A stretch of DNA of 64,000 bases, from NCBI GenBank assembly GCA_036012755.1, contig DASCPX010000240.1:1-64000 (forward strand). The letters run 5' to 3'. The notes beneath the pieces were generated by a model. The model worked only from the letters and a program-made list of their open reading frames with translations. It was not told where the DNA came from and made no database searches. This document shows, one piece after another, positions 59,962 to 64,000 of this stretch; position 1 is the first letter of the stretch; every line of letters begins with the position of its first letter. A program made the translations under genes and the position numbers. Origin of the DNA: Myxococcota bacterium. Lineage in GTDB: Bacteria; Myxococcota_A; UBA796; CAJQPC01.

Positions 59962-62447
59962 CGCCAGTCCCCCATCACGACGAAGGAGGCCCAGAACCAG
60001 GGGTGGCCGAGCTCCTCGTCCCCGAGCAGGGACAGCTGGGAGTTGCGCAGCGCCTCTGCGACGTCCTGGCCCGCCGCGAGGTTTCCGTAGAAGCCCTCCA
60101 TGAGCCGGCGTGTGCCCTCGTCGTCGACCTTCCACATGCTCGCCACGAGGGTCTCGACACCAGCGCGACGGAACTGTGCGGACAGGCCGTTGATCGAGAT
60201 GGCGACCTCGCTGCCCTCGGCCTCTGGGGCCTTCACCGGGAGCCCCGACTCGCAGGCGCTCAAGACGACGAGCCGCGCCGTAGACAGGTAGGGGGCCAGT
60301 CCCGGGATCTCCCCATAGGTCAAGCGCCCTGTCGGCAAGCTGGCGTCCCCGATGACCAGGTAGCTCCTCTCGGGGTGCTGGGGGTCCACGATGCCGTGGG
60401 TCGCGAGGTGCAGGGTGCTCATCTCCGGTGTGTACTCGACGAGCTGCTCGCGACCGCCGAGGGATCCGACCAGGAGCGTACTGCCTGGCTGCCCCGCCGC
60501 GATGGCGCGGACCTCGTCCTCGGCCTCGGGGAGGCTCCCGTCGGGGTTCCCGATTAGCAGCAGGTCCCGGCCATCGAGGTGATAGCCAGCCTCGCGGGGG
60601 CCTCGAGCGCGCAGGGTGCCGACGTGGGTGACCGAGGCGACAGGGACGTCCTCGATGAGCCACCGGCCGTCGTCACGCAACAACGCGAAGGGCAGCTGCT
60701 GGAAGGCGCCGGTCGGGCTGACGACGAGCACCTCCGCCGCCGCCACCTCCTCGCGAATCGGTGCGATGAGCCAGCCTCCGAGAGTCTCGCAGAGGCTCCG
60801 AGTCCACTCTTCGTCGTCGATCATCTGGGCCCGGAGACTCCTGGTCAGGCGCGACAGCGTGCGCTCCACCACCGCCCGGTCGACGTCGACCGGGACCGCT
60901 CGCAGCGAGGTACGGGACACGACCAGCAGCACGAGTTGGTCTCCCAGGAGCAGGGGCTGCAAGACCAGCACCCCGGGGTCGAGGTCCGCCTGGATCGCCT
61001 CGAGGTCATCCGGATCGACCCACACCGCCTGGTCGAAGTCCGGGTAGCTGGCCCTCAGCTCGTCGACGGTGGCGGCGAACTCGACGTGCAGCGCCGCCAG
61101 GCGTTCCCTCAGCGCCCGGGCCTCCTCCGAGTCCTCCGGCGCGACCGCCAGCCGCTCGGCCAGCCAGGCCTCCCGGTCCTGGAGCGCCTGGTACCGGGAC
61201 AACTCCGCGGACTCCTCGATCGGAAGCGCTGGCAGGCTCGCGAGCTGGAGGCGCTGTGCGTAGAGGAAGGCCCCGGCGCTGTCCCCCTGAGAGAGCAGCG
61301 CGGCGATGAGATCCTCGTAGACCCGGTGCTTGTCCACGAGGAACAGCGCCGCCTCGTCCTCGTCCAGGCTCCGCCGGGCGCGCTCGAGCTCATCCACGGC
61401 GGCCCGGAGGTAGGGGATGGCCCCGCTGAGGTCGCCCTCTGCGAAGAGGCGCTGGCCGAGGGCGGCGCTGGCCTTCCAGCGCACGCCGTGGAGCTCGAAT
61501 CGCTCCGCAAGGCCCAGGGCCTCCTGCAACAGCTGGGCGTCCTCTGTCAGCACCCCGAGGTTCAACCGGGCGAGGGCCTCTGTGCGAGGACCGGGGCTCG
61601 ACGCGAGCACAGCAGAGAAGGCAGCTGGATCCTGGGTGATCGCGGCGATGTGGACCCTCACCACCAGGACCTCGTCAGTGCGTCCCGCGCCCTCCCACGC
61701 CTCCAGCGCCAAGCGATAGCGAGACAGCGCCTCGCCCGAGTCACCTCGCCGGAACGCGAGCCCCGCATGGCCCTCCAGGATGCGGGCCTGCCGCACGAGG
61801 TCTGACCGTGAGCGAGCCTTCGAATAGGCGGCACCAAGGAGCTCCTCGGCCTCGCCAGCGGCGTGGTCGGCTGCGCGGTAGAGCAGCACCGCGTCCTCGA
61901 GCAGGGCCTGGGCAGAGCGCAGATCACCGCCGCGCCGAGCGAGCAGGCCGAGGTCGTTGCGCACATCCGCGGTGGCGACCGGATCCTCCAGGGCGGCGGC
62001 CAGGACCAAGGCCGCCTGGAGTGCCTTGTCCGCGCCATCGAGGTCGCCCTGGTGCATTCGCGCCAGGCCCAGGTCCACCGCGGCGTTGAGCGCTGTCTGG
62101 ACGTCCTCTTCCTTCTGTGCCTGGAAAAAGGCCCGCGCGAAGTGCTTCTCGGCGCGCTCCAGGTCTCCGAGCTCCATGGCCAGGAGCCCCCGACCCACGT
62201 CCAGGCCCGGAGTCTTGTCGTGGACGAGGTCCAGCGCTCCCTCGGCCTCCTTCAGCCTGCCGAGCTGCCGGTAGGTCGTGGACAGGCGCAACAGGGCCGC
62301 GTCCGCAGCGTCGTGGTCTCCGGCCTCGCGGGCGTCGTCATAGGCCAGCGACCACTGGACCAGCGCCGTGGCGTAGTCCCCGCTGGCGTAGGCCGCCTCG
62401 CCCTGGTCCAGCGGGGTCGCGGCCAACAGCAGCGACAACAGCAGCAC
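59958..62447 (-). CDS. Secreted TPR plus CHAT (caspase-like) protease
   Basis: Signal peptide, TPRs, LHLATHG and VVLSACESG dyad, ASMWKVDD, HPWFWASF. Confidence 0.92.
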   Translation of the reverse strand: MLLLSLLLAATPLDQGEAAYASGDYATALVQWSLAYDDAREAGDHDAADAALLRLSTTYRQLGRLKEAEGALDLVHDKTPGLDVGRGLLAMELGDLERAEKHFARAFFQAQKEEDVQTALNAAVDLGLARMHQGDLDGADKALQAALVLAAALEDPVATADVRNDLGLLARRGGDLRSAQALLEDAVLLYRAADHAAGEAEELLGAAYSKARSRSDLVRQARILEGHAGLAFRRGDSGEALSRYRLALEAWEGAGRTDEVLVVRVHIAAITQDPAAFSAVLASSPGPRTEALARLNLGVLTEDAQLLQEALGLAERFELHGVRWKASAALGQRLFAEGDLSGAIPYLRAAVDELERARRSLDEDEAALFLVDKHRVYEDLIAALLSQGDSAGAFLYAQRLQLASLPALPIEESAELSRYQALQDREAWLAERLAVAPEDSEEARALRERLAALHVEFAATVDELRASYPDFDQAVWVDPDDLEAIQADLDPGVLVLQPLLLGDQLVLLVVSRTSLRAVPVDVDRAVVERTLSRLTRSLRAQMIDDEEWTRSLCETLGGWLIAPIREEVAAAEVLVVSPTGAFQQLPFALLRDDGRWLIEDVPVASVTHVGTLRARGPREAGYHLDGRDLLLIGNPDGSLPEAEDEVRAIAAGQPGSTLLVGSLGGREQLVEYTPEMSTLHLATHGIVDPQHPERSYLVIGDASLPTGRLTYGEIPGLAPYLSTARLVVLSACESGLPVKAPEAEGSEVAISINGLSAQFRRAGVETLVASMWKVDDEGTRRLMEGFYGNLAAGQDVAEALRNSQLSLLGDEELGHPWFWASFVVMGDWR

Positions 62448-63398
62448 TCAGATCTCCAGCGCAGCCAGGGCATCCTTGGCTGGCTGCAGGTTCGGGTCGG
62501 CCGCGACCGCCTTCTCGAAGGCCTCTCGAGCGCGGGGGGCGTCCTTGTCGTCGAGGAAGATGAGCCCCTCGGAGAAGGCCAGCGCAGAGGCACCCAGGGC
62601 CCTGAGCGCAGCAGATGCGCGCACGGTCGGGATCGAGCCCGAGCGCTCCGGGCCGGAGAAGGCGATGAGCAGCGGATCCTCTCCAATGACGATGTCGGCG
62701 CCGTGGGCTCGAGCCGCGACCAGGGCGAGGGACTCGATGACGACGCCCTCCCCCTGTTCGGCGCCGATGATGTTCATCGGCCAGGCACCAGAGAGCCTGG
62801 AGAGGGACACCTCCCGCCGAAGCGGCGCCTTGCGCACGAGCTTCGCGTCGGAGAACAGCCAGGGCTCCTCGACCTGCAGGTTGGCGAAGCCCGGTCTCAG
62901 GACATCGCCGTAGATCGGCGCGAGCCCGGCGGCGAACTCGGCGCCGCTGACCGGCTCGGTCTCCATGAAGCGGGTGGCGCCGACCACCGGAGCCTGCGCC
63001 GAGCGAGCGGCATGCAAGAGCAGGATGTCGTCCTCGGCCGGGCGGTCGAGGAGCACGTCGAGGACGACGACGGAGGCCCCCGCGGCGTCGCAGAAGGTGA
63101 CGAGCTGCGCGAGCAGTCCTCTGGGGGTCAGCGTGGGCTCCGGGTCGGAGGCATCCCACAGGTGCAGCGCCTCTTCCCCGATGCTCATCACCACGACCTC
63201 GTCCGAGGGTGTGGCCCCACCGACCTTGACGTAGAGGTCCTCGAACTGCCCTCGGGAGACGACGAAGACCAGGACCGCGACGGCGACCGCCGTGAAGGCG
63301 ACCACCAGGGTCTCGTAGGCCATCGCCCTGGCGAGGTGGGAGCCGGGCTCCTCGCACTCTTCGTCGAAAGCGGCCCGTCGCCACCAGGGGCGGCCCAT
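62448..63398 (-). CDS. CHASE2-domain protein, apparently truncated and ending in a TPR hairpin
   Basis: EVVVMSIGE, TPRGLLAQLV...GASVVVLDVLLDRP, PGFANL; tail AFSEGL...AFEKAVAADPN. Confidence 0.72.
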   Translation of the reverse strand: MGRPWWRRAAFDEECEEPGSHLARAMAYETLVVAFTAVAVAVLVFVVSRGQFEDLYVKVGGATPSDEVVVMSIGEEALHLWDASDPEPTLTPRGLLAQLVTFCDAAGASVVVLDVLLDRPAEDDILLLHAARSAQAPVVGATRFMETEPVSGAEFAAGLAPIYGDVLRPGFANLQVEEPWLFSDAKLVRKAPLRREVSLSRLSGAWPMNIIGAEQGEGVVIESLALVAARAHGADIVIGEDPLLIAFSGPERSGSIPTVRASAALRALGASALAFSEGLIFLDDKDAPRAREAFEKAVAADPNLQPAKDALAALEI

Positions 63399-64000
63399 CA
63401 GCGGAGGCCAGCGCGGGCCTCGACCTCGCGTCGGAGCGCCTCCAGCTCATCGCCACCATGGACGGACAGCGCGGTGTCGAGGGTCCAGAGGGCCTCGCTC
63501 CAGTGGCCGGACTGGGCCAGAACGCCGGCCTCGACCATCGCGGCGAGGACCGGATCCTCGACGCCACTGCCGGCGGCGATGGCCTTCGCGGAGTCGACGT
63601 CGGAGGGGTCCTCGACGCGGAATGAGAACTCGGTCCCGCCGATGCTCAGGGCGTAGGGGCCCGGGTCGAGCGCGGGACCGTCGTAGTCCACGGACGAGGT
63701 GCCCTTGGCGCTCCAGAGAGGCTCGTCGTCCATGAAGCTGCTGAGGCTGACTTCCTGCTCACCGCAGTCGTCGCAGGTCCAGGCGATGCTCTGGACTCGG
63801 GCGACCTTGTCGCCGGCGACGGGACGGGACAACGAGGTGCCGCCGGCTCGGGTGGCACCGACCGGCTTGGCGGAGGCGCCCCGCGTGACGAGGTCAGCGA
63901 GCACGCTCGGGTCCTGGCCAGTGACGGCCCCGGCTCCCTCGAGGTCGCCGACCTTGACCAGCGCCGGGCCGGTGATCTGGACAGCGCGACCCTCGAAGAG
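63398..64000 (-). CDS. DUF928-like hypothetical protein, 5'-partial
   Basis: Frame is open to the window end; GATR motif, LDPGPY, helical tail GHWSEAL; precedes CHASE2 and CHAT genes. Confidence 0.55.
   Translation of the reverse strand, partial: LFEGRAVQITGPALVKVGDLEGAGAVTGQDPSVLADLVTRGASAKPVGATRAGGTSLSRPVAGDKVARVQSIAWTCDDCGEQEVSLSSFMDDEPLWSAKGTSSVDYDGPALDPGPYALSIGGTEFSFRVEDPSDVDSAKAIAAGSGVEDPVLAAMVEAGVLAQSGHWSEALWTLDTALSVHGGDELEALRREVEARAGLR

Overview
64 kb of a very GC-rich bacterial chromosome. The gene inventory looks myxobacterial (inferred, not proven): MopE/FG-GAP and TSP3-vWA surface proteins, a MYXO-CTERM-like tail, two Hanks-type Ser/Thr kinases, CHAT/CHASE2/DUF928-like genes and many acidic lipoproteins, alongside housekeeping genes (class II DAHP synthase, fbaB, fabH, nth, clpSA, purB, apeB, cutA). 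The standout is a ~15 kb block (about 32.4-47.9 kb) encoding a tungsten- and selenium-dependent class II benzoyl-CoA reductase, bamBCDEF. bamF has an in-frame UGA (selenocysteine) followed by a SECIS-like hairpin, which the ORF track splits. bamGHI are not present in the window. The block also carries tupABC, two moeA genes, a group II cysteine desulfurase and a DsrC-like CX10C protein, and is bordered by decayed genes. Other observations: a candidate structured sRNA at ~51.2-51.5 kb, a palindrome TTGACGTGTCAA found twice, an apparent leaderless-promoter pattern, an NPEPL1-like aminopeptidase and several eroded or frameshifted genes. All family calls come from motif recognition by eye; no searches were run.
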